Below, piece by piece: positions 50,777 to 64,000 of a DNA stretch of 64,000 bases. Positions within the stretch are counted from its first letter, which is position 1. The number at the start of each line of letters is the position of its first letter. Below the pieces are notes generated by a model, which was not told the DNA's origin, did not search any database, and saw only the letters and a program-made list of their open reading frames with translations. Both the position numbers and the translations under genes were made by a program. Source of the DNA: Octopus vulgaris (lineage: Eukaryota). The stretch lies in assembly GCA_951406725.2 (NCBI GenBank), contig OX597820.1, positions 81,840,001 through 81,904,000 on the forward strand. The letters are read 5' to 3'.

Positions 50777-52245
50777 TTTAAACACATTGTGCTACATATA
50801 TTTTTGGAGAATGTATGTGGGTGGCGAGGCCTGTTGTTGTTAGCTGTTTTAGTTGTTTTAGTTTTTGACCTAGTGTTAAATGTATGTATGTGGGGTCTAG
50901 GTTGCGTAGGTGTTATGACCTTCCAGGGTTCCATCCACGAGTGTGTGTGGTTGGTTGCGATTGTGATGATTGGTGCGTGTTTGAGATGTGATTTGAGATG
51001 TATATATTGTTTGAGCCTGGTGTTATGGATGTATTCTATTTGTTGGGAAATGCTGCTAGAAGCGAGTGCTTGATTGTAATATGGTGCGTGATTATTGAAA
51101 ATTTCCTCAGTGGAAAGGTCGGATATTCGGGTTGAGATGCCCTTGATTATGTTATCAAAAGTTGATTTGTGGTGATTGGAGTGGATGTTAAGATATTTAA
51201 GATATTGGTTAGGTTTGTGGTAAGGGGAGTATTGGGAAGTTGATAAGTTTAGAGTTACGTCAAGAAAGTTAGCAGTTTTGTGAGCGTTTTCGAATGTGAT
51301 ATATAGGTTTAGGTTAGAGAAGAATTTATGTAGATTCTTTCTAGTTCTTTCTAAGGAGGACTTATTTATGCTTTTGGTAACTAGTAAGGCATCGCCCCTG
51401 TATAGGCCTCCCTTGATGTTGAGGAAATGTATATGGAGTTGGTGAAGTATATAAAGACGAACTAAGTCAGTGACCAGAGCTGAATCAGAGGATCCCATGG
51501 TTATGTCGAATAGGTTGCTATTATTATTGATTGGCCCGGCACTAGAGTTTGTTTTCAAAAGGAATTATGGTTTTGCAAGCATTAAGTATTATGTTAATTT
51601 CTAGTGTGGTTAGGTTAGGAAGGTTCCAAGCTAGAAGAAGGGCTTGATTTAGAAGTTTAGGAGAAATAGAAGAGTTATAACTATTTATGCCGAATTGTAG
51701 GAAGGAATATGAGTCTTTGATTTTTTAGAAAGTGGAACCATGTAATAACTTCACTAGTGTGGGACCATAGGTTAACATTTAGTTTGTCCCAGACGATTGG
51801 TATTATTTTGTCTAAAATATTTTTGCTTACCCTTCCTAGGTCGGATTTGGTGGGGCATTTTAGGCGTATTGAATATTTGGTAATAAAGTCCTTCTTGTGA
51901 CCCTTGAGGTTAAAGGTGTAGAGCAGTATGGTTCGGTTCGGTCATCCACTTGTAATTTACTCATAAGTTTGCAGTGGTTGGTGTTGATATTATTTAGGGC
52001 AGATGTTGGTGCCAGCTTGTAGGATTTGTTGAGTTCTTTCTTTATGAATTTATTGTATTCCTCAAGGGTAATGGGGTACATATTTCCTGTTTTATTCGAG
52101 AAGACATGTAATTTGGGTGTTGCAATGATCCGTTTTATGGTGTTTGAGAGCTTTTTTTAAAGGGGGATTTGTATTTGGAGAATTTAATGTTTCTAATTAA
52201 ATTAATTATATCCGCTTCAAATGTTTCGATATGGGGGTTTGCTTA
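50775..52245 (-). mobile_element. PLE reverse transcriptase fragment, Hydra-like, frameshifted; EN lost at a (TA)n tract
   Basis: FDITMGSSDSALVTDLV.LYIL, GGLYRGDALLV (YRDD mutated), ANFLDVTLNL..YSPYHKPN..YLNIHSNH, ISTRISDLS; upstream MYPITLEEYNK. Confidence 0.85.
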
Positions 52246-52265
52246 ACCATTTTCTCACACTGTCT

Positions 52266-52297
52266 CCGACGAAGGGATATATAAAATATCCCGGAAA
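52266..52297 (+). ncRNA. Truncated hammerhead motif in a pLTR inverted relative to the adjacent PLE
   Basis: CCGACGA-A-GGGAUAU(AUAAA)AUAUCCC-G-GAAA; stem III and cleavage site absent. Confidence 0.5.
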
Positions 52298-52519
52298 CCT
52301 ATTTATAAATGTCCTGAAATCTTTCACAGCCTTGGTTTTTTATCGCATTCTGAAATTTTTTTTATATATACATCTGCTGATATATGACCTATGTTGAACT
52401 CATTCGCATAATTACCGAACTCGGAGCTTGGCTATAGTCTGTCCATAGCACTTACTAAGTATTACATGACACCTTTGGATCTCATTGACACCATAACCTC
52501 TCATAATCTCTCTCTCTCT

Positions 52520-52582
<63 letters not shown>

Positions 52583-53079
52583 CATATATATAAACTGAAT
52601 TGTTACAAAATATTGAAATATATATATAAATTATGTAAAATAAGCATCACACGGAAACGGCCAGCTGGCTATACATAAATGACAAGGTTGATCGGTAGGT
52701 AAGTAGGTAGGTAGGTAGGTAGGTAGGTAGGTCGGTCGGTCGGTAGGTAGGTAAGTAGGTAGGTAGGCAGGCTGGCAGGCAGGTAGGTAAGTTAGTAAGT
52801 AGATAGGTGAATCGGAGGAAATGAAGAAGGCAGCTATTGTAATACAGAAGACACGGTTAAGACACGCTCAATTGCATAAGAACTTTCGTTTGAATCAAAC
52901 AGGTGTCCATGCAAGCACACTGGGACCGCTTTGTGGACACAAGCTGGTTGCCGCCCTTCCGTATCTGTTAAATGGTTCTTTTGTGTGCCTCTTTCAATAT
53001 ATCACCCATCCCTCTCGCTACATTATTTCGTGAAACTTCTACGTCTACACCCAGCAACTTTCTCCTCCTCCCCCTCATT

Positions 53080-53159
<80 letters not shown>

Positions 53160-53170
53160 ACTACTACTTT
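53080..53170. repeat. (CTA)n(CTG)n microsatellite
   Basis: Seen directly. Confidence 0.95.
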
Positions 53171-53275
53171 TCTTTTATATTTCTTCATCTTTTCCTTCCC
53201 TTTATTCTTTCTATAACAAATATATTTTGCTCGTTTAAAAACAAAAAGCACAGCAAATCCTGACTGTAAAAGACA

Positions 53276-53369
<94 letters not shown>

Positions 53370-56300
53370 GCAATAAGGGTATTTAAGCTTGTTATAGGGA
53401 TATTTATTGCGTACGTAATATATATATATATATATGTATACACACACTACAACATCTACCATATCTATCCCCCCTCCCTCTGTCCGGCATACTTAAGGGA
53501 GATCAAGCAACCTTTTATAGTCTACATAATTTTACTGACCAAGTATATCTTTGATATGAAACAGTTGATCCGTCTGGTCTCTTCATCCATCATAGTAAAG
53601 TGGTCGACAATAAAAAGGAACACGATAGAATTTTGATGAGTTGTTTGCTCGGGAGGAGAGTCAAAGATAATCTATAGAATAGAGGTATTGAACTAGCATT
53701 CAAAGAAATGTTTGTTGGAGCTCACTGAGTGTCAGGTCGATAAGACCCGTTTTAACAGAATTATATGTTTCATATTTGGAACTTTTTAGAATTCTCCAGA
53801 ATTTGGATTGTCCCACCATAGGGCAGTTGTCAAGATATTACACCTTTCGTAATGTTCATTCACTTAGCAGAGGCCACGTCACAAATGATAACAACATTAT
53901 CGATCTTTTTGCTATCTCAAGAGCCAACCTAACCACACGTCAAAAGAATTAAAATTTAAACGTTTAATAAAATTAAATCTAGATTTGTTGTTACTTCCAA
54001 TAAAATCAGTGTTTAAACATTAAGAACAAAAGTATCCAGCGAAGTTTAATCAACACAACCTTTTGAACAATATAATACGACCCTTGAAAACGATACCATG
54101 AGAACCCATTTTTGCACCATGCAAACGGAGCTAATACAGTATGGAATTACAGTGACATTATTAAACAAGTGTTCAGCCATACAAAAAAAAAAAATTCAAA
54201 ATTTCTTTGCAGAAAATCCTTTTATAATTGATTTTAAGTCAGTGGTTTTTAGGTTATCGCTTCCTAAGTGTAGAAGTGTAAGCCAGTGTAAAGGCTGCTT
54301 ATCCCATTGCTAAAATAGTTTGTTTTTTTTTGACGCTCCATGAAATAGAAGACCTCTGCATACAAGAAAGCGAATTACAGAAATGCAACATATCAACGAT
54401 CTATGCCAATGTTTCTCTGTGTGATAATGTTCAAGTAAATAAAAAGTCTACACTTTCAATTACCTTGCCAAATTAAATGTGTTGTCGAGCGCTTGCCATT
54501 TTGATGTGTTGCAATTATGTTGCAATGTTTCAATTCATCGAATCCTGATTTAGCAAAGAAAGACTCTATCTTAGGCCGTTTACGATATCCTGCCAGATGT
54601 TTCTCTCCTCCAGCCGAATCAGTTACTCCTCATCAGTTTAAAAGCTCGCTATAATGATCTTGACATAATGACGGTTTAGTGGGCCACTCTGTTAGTAATC
54701 TTAATGTTCTAGAACCCTGCATCTGTATCACGGATCGCAAGCTTCATTGCTCTTCCAGATATGAGTATAACTTTAACTGGAATGCTCCCAACAGCAGCAG
54801 AAACAGGTAATTGTACCACTGGTATGTCTACTGAAACTGATTGAGTTAGTATGAGGTTGGATGTAGATGGTGATAGTGTATTTCAAAAAGCAACACTAGT
54901 GGATGATGTTGCATTTGGAGCGATCTAAAATTTTACTATGGTAATTTTCTCCATTTTCTCCTTTTCTGTAGTTATTTTCTTCTTTTGTGTTTAACTTCTG
55001 TCGTACCAGGGATAGGTGGTATTTTTAGGTGATAACAAGTATATTCTGTGGAAGAAAAAATTGTATATCGCAAGAATGTGTTTGCTGAAAAGTGAAATGA
55101 TGTATATTGATGAGAGATATATATTATGTTGTTGTATCGCTCAAATAGTTCAAAACATATTCAAACATAGAATATGAGGATGAAGGAGACGATAACATTA
55201 AAATTTCAGGGCAGAACAATTAGTCGGAGAGTAAAGAAATATCGAATAGTGTCAAACCTTAAACTGGAATTGATGGGAGAGTGAGAGGGGGAGAGGGAGA
55301 GGGAGAGGAGTGAGAAGGGGAGAGAGATGGAAAGAAGAGAAACAGGGAGAGAGATTGAAAATATATGAGAGCAGGGATAACAAGTGTTAATGGTAAAATG
55401 TGTGTACGTGTGCATTGAGAGGGAGAAGGGCAAACAACTGTATATATACACGTTCACCAAATAACAGGTATGTAAACTAAAGCAGAAATAAATGTATATA
55501 TAAACGACTACGCACTCAGTCATACGTATGTTCATTTTTGTGCATAAGTGCGCGCGTGTGTATGTGTGTGTGTGCGTGCGTGTGTGTTAATAGTTTATAA
55601 TATCCCATGATAGAAAACTCTATTTTTAATCTGGGCATCAAATATAGTTTTTTTTTTTAAATTAACGTGATGAGAGTTTAAGACGAGGAGAGAAGTTTAG
55701 ACCTTCAGATCTCTGGCCACTGTTTCGATTTCCCGTTGAATTCATGTTCACTTTATTTACATGCCTCTTAGGTAAAGGAGAAACGAAACGATATTTTTAT
55801 GTCTCCCTCCCAGTAAAATATAGCGTCTTTATGTCTAGTCATGACAAACTGGTATTTGTATTCAAAAGTACATGAAACAAATTACCCAGAAGAAATACAT
55901 TGCTCACATGCACATGGACATAGGCATTTATATACAGAAGCAACATACATACTGAGACAGCCTCATACACACAAAATCATTTTTGTATGCGATCAAAATA
56001 TATCCATGAGCTGCAACGGTGATAAAGCCAGATAATTAGTAGTGTTAGGTAGAGGAGAAAGAAAACCTTGCATGGTTGGATTATCTATCATTGCCAGACA
56101 GGTCTTCTAGCAGATCTGACAATTACAATAGTTTAAGGGATTTGTGAAAGATTACGATTTGTAACACGAGTTTTATCATTTGGTAGCAACTGTTATTTCC
56201 TATTTTCTTACCCTTACAAAGTATGAAAAATGAATAATATTTCCTTCAATTTTGTTACACTTATTCAAACCCAAGAAATCCGTCTCAACACATTGCTATG

Positions 56301-56549
56301 ATGTTCCCTCACTACTCCTGTCATAATCAGAGATGCACATATTGTCAGCCACTAAAGGACATGCTCAAGTGTTGAAGGTCAAGCAACTGACAGGCAAATC
56401 TATGGTATTGAACAGAAATATTTGCTATAAGGAACTCCAGTTTTTAAAGCTGATCCGAATCTTATCAATATCTTTTGTCGAACCACTATGTTAAGGGGAC
56501 GTAAACAAACTAACACCGGTTGTCGAGTGGTGAGAAGGGGAGACAGCAT

Positions 56550-57190
56550 ACTTTTCTACACTAGGTACAAAGCCCGAAATTTTGGTCGATTAGATCGACC
56601 CCAGTACGCAACTGGTACTTAATTTATCGACCCCGAAATGATGAAAGGCAAAGTCGACCTCGATGAATTTGAATTCAGAACATAAAGACAGAAGAAATAT
56701 CGCTAAGCATTTTGCCCGGCGTGCTAACGTTTCTTATTTCTTTATTGCCCACAAGGGGCTAAACATAGAGGGGACAAACAAGAACAGACAAACGGATTAA
56801 GCCGATTACATCGATCCCAGTGCGTAACTGGTACTTAATTTATCGACCCGAAAGGATGAAAGACAACGTCGACATCGGCGAAATTTGAACTCAGAACTTA
56901 AAGACAGACGAAATATCACTGAACACAAACAAGGACAGACAAACGGATTAAGCCCATTACATCGATCCCAGTGCGTAACTGGTACTTAATTTATCGACCC
57001 CGAAAGAATGAAAGGCAAAGTCGACATCGGCGGAGTTTGAACTCAGAATTTAAAGACACACGAAATATTGCTAAGCATTTCGCTCGGCGTTATAAAGTTT
57101 CTTATTTATTTACTGCTTACAAGGGGCTACACACAGAGGGAACAAACAAGGACAGACAAACGGATTAAGTCGATTATATCGACCCCGGTG
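56550..57190 (-). mobile_element. Array of 3-4 SINE family A body units
   Basis: Repeated ACTGGTACTTAATTTATCGACCC..GATGAAAG..GTCGAC..TTTGAACTCAGAA and ACAAGGGGCTA.ACA.AGAGGG units. Confidence 0.88.
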
Positions 57191-57252
57191 TGCTAAAGTT
57201 TCTGATCCTAATCTTATCAAAATCTTTTGTCGAACCGCTGTGTTAAGGGGAC

Positions 57253-57327
<75 letters not shown>

Positions 57328-57699
57328 CAAGCACACAGAAACACGTACATTGATCATAAATTCATACATGTACAAGATGAATTCCAGAAGATACTTTTGT
57401 TTTTGGGAGAGGCACCTATAACTGTAATAGATTAGTGTCATTTTAATATACCATTACTATGCACCTAATATGCTGACTTGACAACTTTTGTTATTCCAGA
57501 TGGAATGAGACGACTGTAACAGTACTTTGAACGCAACATACTAAACACTGCTTGTCACAGCAGACTCGTTCACAGAATGCACTCGAGACATGACAATATG
57601 GAAGCTCGCTATTCAATAATATCTTGTATTTGACGGAGCAAAAACGCTAAAAAAATCTTAAGAAATGTTACAGTCTAGTTGAGAAAGTCTAAAAACCGA

Positions 57700-58140
57700 T
57701 GTCAAAACGAAAAAGAGACCAAGCAAAGCACATCTACCGAAGAACTTATGATGACCCCCTTTTTCGACAGCAAGGGCATCATTTACATCCACTGGGTTCC
57801 TTCTGACCAAGTACTTTGTGTAGAATTTCAGTGAATTCAGGAGATTTCGTTGCCAAAAGCCAGAGCACCTGCACCAGGACAACGCACCAGTCCACAGTTT
57901 CATCTTGGTAACCAACTAATTGACAGAGATGTGCATCACAACTATTTCTCACGCCTCCTCAGTCCAAGTTTTGTTTCCCGCGACTTTTGATTGTTTCCCA
58001 AGCTGAAGGAGAAGAAGAGGAAGACTTTAACAAGGATCCTGAACTCCTTCACCTTGGAGTACTTCTCTGGGGCCTTCACGAAATGGCTTGAGCACTACAA
58101 CAAGTAAACTGAAGTCAGAGGAACTTACTTTGAAGGAAAC
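57700..58140 (+). mobile_element. Decayed mariner (DD34D) transposase C-terminal part
   Basis: SKGIIYIHWVP, HLHQDNAPVHS, DF*LFPKLKE, EVRGTYFEG. Confidence 0.8.
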
Positions 58141-58639
58141 TAGAATTTTATACTTCTTTGAAATGAATAAAAATCCCCTAAGAAAATGTCTCAAAATTTC
58201 TACGTATTGTATATGTGCATGTCTCTGTAAGTGACTTTAAATGACGAAACCATTTAACAAGAAATTGGACCAAACCTTCAATTCCCTCTTCACAGTTGAA
58301 AGAAAAATACTGAAAACAACTCACATATTCAAAACTATGTTGTTGTGTGTAGAATATGTATCTAGGCGGTGCCCCAGTATGGCTGCAGTCTAATGAATGA
58401 AACAAATAAATATGGGTATGTATATTGCTTGTTTTTCTGTATAGTTATATATAAAATAGTTAACTTTATTTGAAGGATCAATCAAAACTTTTCAGCAGAG
58501 TATCATATTTATTTTATTTTTACAGGAAAAAGGTTGATAGTGACTCTAAATCGAGAAATCATCAAGAAACATTTCATTCGGCATTTGTGTTCATTTTCGT
58601 TCAATGCCTGCTGTTAAGACGTCGACTGTTACCCGTTTT

Positions 58640-59440
58640 GTATCGTAAACTTTAGCTTTGAAGTATACCCATAATAAACTCTAGTGGTCTGGTGTCCGGT
58701 GAACGCGGAGGATATACTATTGAAACTCTTCGTCTAATCTACGTTTCTGGCAAAATCTCAAGGTAGACCCTTACACTACTACAGTAGTGTAAAGATGTCC
58801 CATCTTGCTGGAAATAAAACTTGACATCTTCAAAGTCCTCTTGAATGTTGGTATGATAGATTGAGCAACATCAAGTAAATGAAACTAGTCACAATGCCGT
58901 TAAAGAAGAATGGTCTATTAGTCCTTTTGATGTAAGTTACGCTATACTGTAACTCCTGATGAATTAACTAGGTGTTCCTCCGAAACTATGCATATTGTGA
59001 CAGTTAATTGGGCCATTTAATTTAAGATATCCTCATCACTCCAAACAGTCATTGTTGGAAAGTGTCCAGCTACACATCATGCCAAGTGCCACACATAAAG
59101 TTCCACTCTTCGATCCGGATTATATTCATTGAGAGCATGAACTATTGTTGGAATGCTACTTTTCCAATGACAGTGCTTTAAAATGCGATGGACGCTCGAT
59201 TTTGAAGTCAATGTCTCTTGACTCGCTTGTCGCAGTACGTCATTTCTTGCTTTAAGAGCCTCGCCGATGTCCGAAGTCTTCCGGAACGCCCCTTGTGGAC
59301 ATTTTGAACAGTTCCGTCTGTTTAAAATCTTATTCGAGTGATGGTAAATTGCGAAGGTGGATCTGTTTGAAACTCTCCCTTAAAACTATCTTTGTCTTGC
59401 AACTGCTTTTGCTAACTTCCAACAAATTTCTTTTATTCAA
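58640..59440 (-). mobile_element. Decayed Tc1/mariner transposase, rosa/DD41D-like
   Basis: SVHRILK..WK...P.IVHALNE.NPDRRVE, VWSDE, PFFFNGIVT, QDG, YPPRSPDTRPLEF, YFKAKVY. Confidence 0.75.
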
Positions 59441-60455
59441 AACTTAGTCCGGCTCTCTACATTATTTCTAAAGGTTTATATCGAAAAAAGAAATTTAAAA
59501 ATGTAGTTATCAGCTGTTAAAGCTTCTATACATTTTTGGGGATACTCTGAATACAGAGAGAGGGGAAGAGAGGAGAGGAAGAAAGGAGAGGAGAGGGAGA
59601 GGGAGGGATAGATAGAGAGAGAGAGGAAGAGGGAGAGCCAATATATATGTGTGAGTAGCAGATAGATATGTGCAATTTTAGACAGTCAAATAAACGCATA
59701 AATAGATGCACAATTAGATACATAGTTACAGACATGTATCGTTTATTTCGTTGTAAAGCTCAAACTAGCAGCCTTTAACACGTAACGCCATCAAACAAGT
59801 GCCATTGAATGAGTTTGGCGCCACAAGAGATATTTAAGCACTCACCTGAGAACAAGAGACATCCCAGCTTCTCCTCTTTTCTTTCTACTTTACATTTCTC
59901 TGCTCTTGCTTAATAATGCGACTGACGCCCAGACTATAGATGTCATTGAACACAAATATGTGTGAGTGTATGTGTGTGTGTGTGTGTGTGTAGCTGTATG
60001 TGTATATAAACACAATTTGTGTACGTGTGCACGCGCGTGTGTATGTTCGTGCGCCTGCAAGCACGCACACACGCACACACACACACACATACGCACATAC
60101 GTACGCATAACTACAGAAAATTTTGTATTGTATGCGCAAAAATACATACCAGCTTTTATTGACTCACGCACAAACCATGAAAACTATACATAGAGAAACA
60201 ATCAACTATACTTCAACATTACCACTCACACATATTCAACATACCCTATAATTAGGTCTTATATGTAGAAGTATTATAGACCAATACATATCCATATAAA
60301 CAGAAAAGTACGCAGACATATGTATGTTTGTGTTTCAGGGTGTGTATGTGTAGCTGTCTGCATCTGTTTTACTCTGGTACGCGTCATTATATTTCAGTGA
60401 GTGGACATTTACACACAATATCGGTTTATACATACACACATATATACTCGAATAT

Positions 60456-60521
<66 letters not shown>

Positions 60522-60664
60522 GTGTATATATTCATATATATATATTATCATTTCTAAATGTCTGAAAGGGAGATATTCAGTAACAGTACTTTAAAGTAAA
60601 GACCATTTACCAACATAATGTAGCAGTCCTGGATGGGACGAGCGTTACTGTTGTTTAGCATATA

Positions 60665-60715
<51 letters not shown>

Positions 60716-60855
60716 CTTCTATCAGTTACCATCTACGTGTCCATTTACAAGGATTGGCAAAAGATTCTTGTCCAACGTATCCTACAGTGGGAGTGAACCC
60801 GCAACCGTGTAGTTGGGAGGCGCTTCTACCGCACACAGCCACATCTGCGCCTAGT

Positions 60856-60896
<41 letters not shown>

Positions 60897-60932
60897 CTGT
60901 ACATATACATATACATACAGACACAGACACAC

Positions 60933-60970
<38 letters not shown>

Positions 60971-61014
60971 GCATACAAACATATATATATATATATATAT
61001 ACATATATATAAGC

Positions 61015-61252
61015 CAAGTAATTATTCTATAGGTCACTTTTGCCGAACCGCTAATTTACGGAGACGTAAACACACCAACATCAGTTGTGAAGCAGTGGTG
61101 GGGGACAAGCCCAGATGCAAAGACACACACACACTTATATATATATATATATATATACAGAGATAAGTATACGACAGGCTTCTCTCAGTTTCCGTCTACT
61201 GAACCCGGAGCTATGTGGCTGGGAAGCAAGTTACTTACCACACAGCCAGGCC
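61015..61252 (-). mobile_element. SINE family B with internal deletion
   Basis: TTTGCCGAACCGCTAA..TCAGTTTCCGTCTAC joined to TGAACCCGG..TTACCACACAGCC. Confidence 0.8.
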
Positions 61253-61979
61253 TGAAATTTATTTTTTACTATATTTTGATATACATATATAAACAGTTTC
61301 TTACTTAAGTCCATGTATGACTAAGACTGCACACCACTTCCAAATACTAACCAAATAACCGAATTGTTTCATTTTAAATAGCCTAATATTTTCACTTTGA
61401 TCAAATTGTGTTTGATAACGGTCTCAGTTTGTGTTTTTCCTTTGTCTTTTTCGGGGATCGAGTCGAATACGTATATATGCACATGGATGCGGACATGAGC
61501 TTGACCATCTCTCGTACAAGTTTACATGTGTATGTTTAGACGTACTCATATACGGTGATAGGTGTGAGTAAATATAAAGTTATTTATATTTACGTTAGTG
61601 AGTGTGAACTGCACGCGTATGTATGTATATATTTTTCTGTCTGTTGTTAAACAAATTCTAGCCTGTTTTATATAGAAACCGCTTCTTAACCATTTATCAC
61701 TGGTAGCTTGGAATATTGTTTGATCTATGACAACTTAGATACTGAAATTTCCTGTTTTATTCTTAGATATCCTGACTTAGTCATTCCTATTCATTCTTAT
61801 TTCCTAACTTTATTTCTCCGATAAAGTAAAAACAATAATCTTCCTTTTCTTTCCTATTATACCGAATTTGTTCTAAGCTTATCTGTGGTTCTTATTTAGC
61901 ACTGTCAACCAACTGCGGTCAGTAAATAACAACGGATTAATTTACTACTTTTTCTGAAAATACATACATACATACCTAC

Positions 61980-62069
<90 letters not shown>

Positions 62070-62102
62070 ATATATATATATATATATTTATTATATAGAA
62101 GG

Positions 62103-62153
62103 AGCTTCTACAGGACTAGAACTGTTTCATTCAAGAGAAATCTTCAGGAAGCT
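62103..62153 (-). ncRNA. Type I hammerhead ribozyme (left arm)
   Basis: Reverse complement of 62271-62321. Confidence 0.75.
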
Positions 62154-62270
62154 AGTTAACAAGAATTGTATTGGCATTTATACATTTAGGCAGGTTTAAA
62201 GGGGTGTCCCCCACCAACACCCCTTTAAACCTGCCTAAATGTATAAATGCCAATACAATTCTTGTTAACT

Positions 62271-62321
62271 AGCTTCCTGAAGATTTCTCTTGAATGAAAC
62301 AGTTCTAGTCCTGTAGAAGCT
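62271..62321 (+). ncRNA. Type I hammerhead ribozyme (right arm)
   Basis: AGCUUC-CUGAAGA-UUUC(UCUU)GAAU-GAAA-CAG(UUCUAGUC)CUG-UA-GAAGCU: stem I 6 bp, short stem II with U-U closing pair, GUA site. Confidence 0.75.
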
Positions 62322-62427
62322 CCTTCTATATAATAAATTAATTTTACTCTGCTATGTATTGAGTACCTTATTTACTGTGGTTAACCCCGAATCAACCCGG
62401 GACCTACATATATATATATATATATAT

Positions 62428-62478
<51 letters not shown>

Positions 62479-62546
62479 TATATATACATACATATATATA
62501 TATATGTATATATGTATATATATATATATATATACACATACATACA

Positions 62547-62658
<112 letters not shown>

Positions 62659-62752
62659 ATCCAAACAAGAAAACACAAAAAAGCACAACAACGCGAGGAC
62701 GTTGAACAAATATAGTATTATTGGACGCTCAGGAAAGAAGGGAAGAAGGAGG

Positions 62753-62787
62753 GTTTAATGTTTCGAGCGGAGCTCTTCGTCGGAAAC
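62753..62787 (-). ncRNA. Minimal hammerhead motif, diverged
   Basis: GUUU-CCGACGA-A-GAGC(UCC)GCUC-GAAA-CA-UU-AAAC inside a (TA)n-flanked insert at 62655-62830. Confidence 0.55.
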
Positions 62788-62828
62788 ATAGGAGAAGGAA
62801 AGATCCAGAGAAGGGAAGACAGAGGAAA

Positions 62829-62894
<66 letters not shown>

Positions 62895-62901
<7 letters not shown>

Positions 62902-63220
62902 GGGACCGGGTTGAGTCGGGGTTAACCACAGTAAATAAGGTACTCAATACATAGCAGAGTAAATTAATTTATTTTATAGAAGGAGCTTCTACAGGACTAG
63001 AACTGTGTCATTCAAAAGAAATCATCAGGAAGCTAGGTGACAAGAATAATTTTGGCATTTATACATTTAGGCAGGTTTAAAGGGGTGGTGGTGGGGGACT
63101 TTTTGGGGTAGGCATGGTGCAAACTATCATTCTTAGGGGAGTGGTCAAAGGAATCAGTGATAAAGTAGATAAAAGAATAAATAGAATAATAGAGTTTTAG
63201 GTAAATAAGGAGACTCTCAC
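62895..63220 (-). mobile_element. Third, diverged copy of the HHR-bearing repeat (pLTR-like), inverted relative to 62217-62410
   Basis: 62895-63087 is the reverse complement of 62217-62410 with several substitutions; HHR at 62984-63034 has CUGAUGA but GAAA changed to GACA. Confidence 0.85.
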
Positions 63221-63252
63221 TTATACACATATATACACATATATATACACAT

Positions 63253-63322
<70 letters not shown>

Positions 63323-64000
63323 TGGCGTTAACAGCCCTTCTTATCTTGTTCTCCTTGTCCTGTCTCTCACTGTTATATATTTATTTTTCCACTGTTTATA
63401 TATATATTTTTTACTGTTTATATGTTTGTACTGTCGTTACCGTCTTGCTTTTTTTACCCCTCTGCGACAAGATCTCAGAATTTTAATTGATTTGCTTTTC
63501 GCAGGAAGGAATTTTTCATTCGAAGTATACGTCTCGCTTTTATCCTTTGAAACGTTTAGTAGATGAAACTTTAGCGACTGAAGAAGGGGATTTTTCGTTG
63601 TGCTTATTGTCCTGTATCTCCTTTTTTTGCTTGTCTTGTTCCTTGGTTTGTGTCTATGTTTTTCGTCTCTCTATGTGTTCGACGTCCTTTTGGTGTCCTG
63701 TACACATATATGCGTGTATATGTACATGTAGAGGTAGGTACGTACATATATGTTTATATATATGCATATATTTTATTAACATATATATATATATATATAT
63801 ATATGCATATATACATACACATACACACATACATCCATATACACATGTACATATGCACCCATTTACATACATCTACGTACACACCCATACCCATACTCAT
63901 ACATACACTCATATCTCTACACACATATATATAAAAATAAATATAAATATAAATAGAAATACAAATATAAAGGAGGATATACACCTCCATACACACACGC

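Larger units (their letters stand above)
62086..62338. repeat. Palindrome with 122-bp arms and 9-nt loop carrying an HHR on each strand
   Basis: 62086-62207 is the reverse complement of 62217-62338 with no mismatch noticed; starts at a (TCTA)n(TA)n edge. Confidence 0.92.

Noticed and set aside
53480-54900. Possible decayed Crypton or piggyBac coding remnant
   Set aside because: Only vague motif resemblance, in inconsistent order
58947-59003. CTGATGA...GAAA hammerhead-like string
   Set aside because: Stem II cannot pair, and the sequence is the antisense of the DD41D-like transposase coding region

Overview
Repeat-saturated, AT-rich animal DNA with no recognisable intact host gene. The SINE families and extreme (TA)n/(CA)n/(GATA)n/(TAA)n load suggest a coleoid cephalopod, probably Octopus (inference). 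The window contains decayed retroelements: Penelope-like elements (PLEs) of at least three types (Penelope/Poseidon-like RT+GIY-YIG, a permuted EN-before-RT Naiad-like copy, and Hydra-like fragments), an R4/Dong RLE element inserted in a (TAA)n tract, and Tx1/L1, CR1/Jockey-like and RTE LINE fragments. It also contains several Tc1/mariner relics, a pogo/Tigger-like MITE and about 17 tRNA-derived SINE copies. The most notable signal is about 14 minimal type I hammerhead ribozyme (HHR) motifs of about 10 sequence types. Many sit in non-coding foldback elements anchored in microsatellites (40.8-42.0 kb, 44.3 kb, 62.1-63.1 kb), three of which carry a ribozyme motif on each strand. One PLE terminal repeat also combines a tRNA-like Pol III head, a (TAA)n tract and an HHR. 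All motif calls were made by eye; none was computed.
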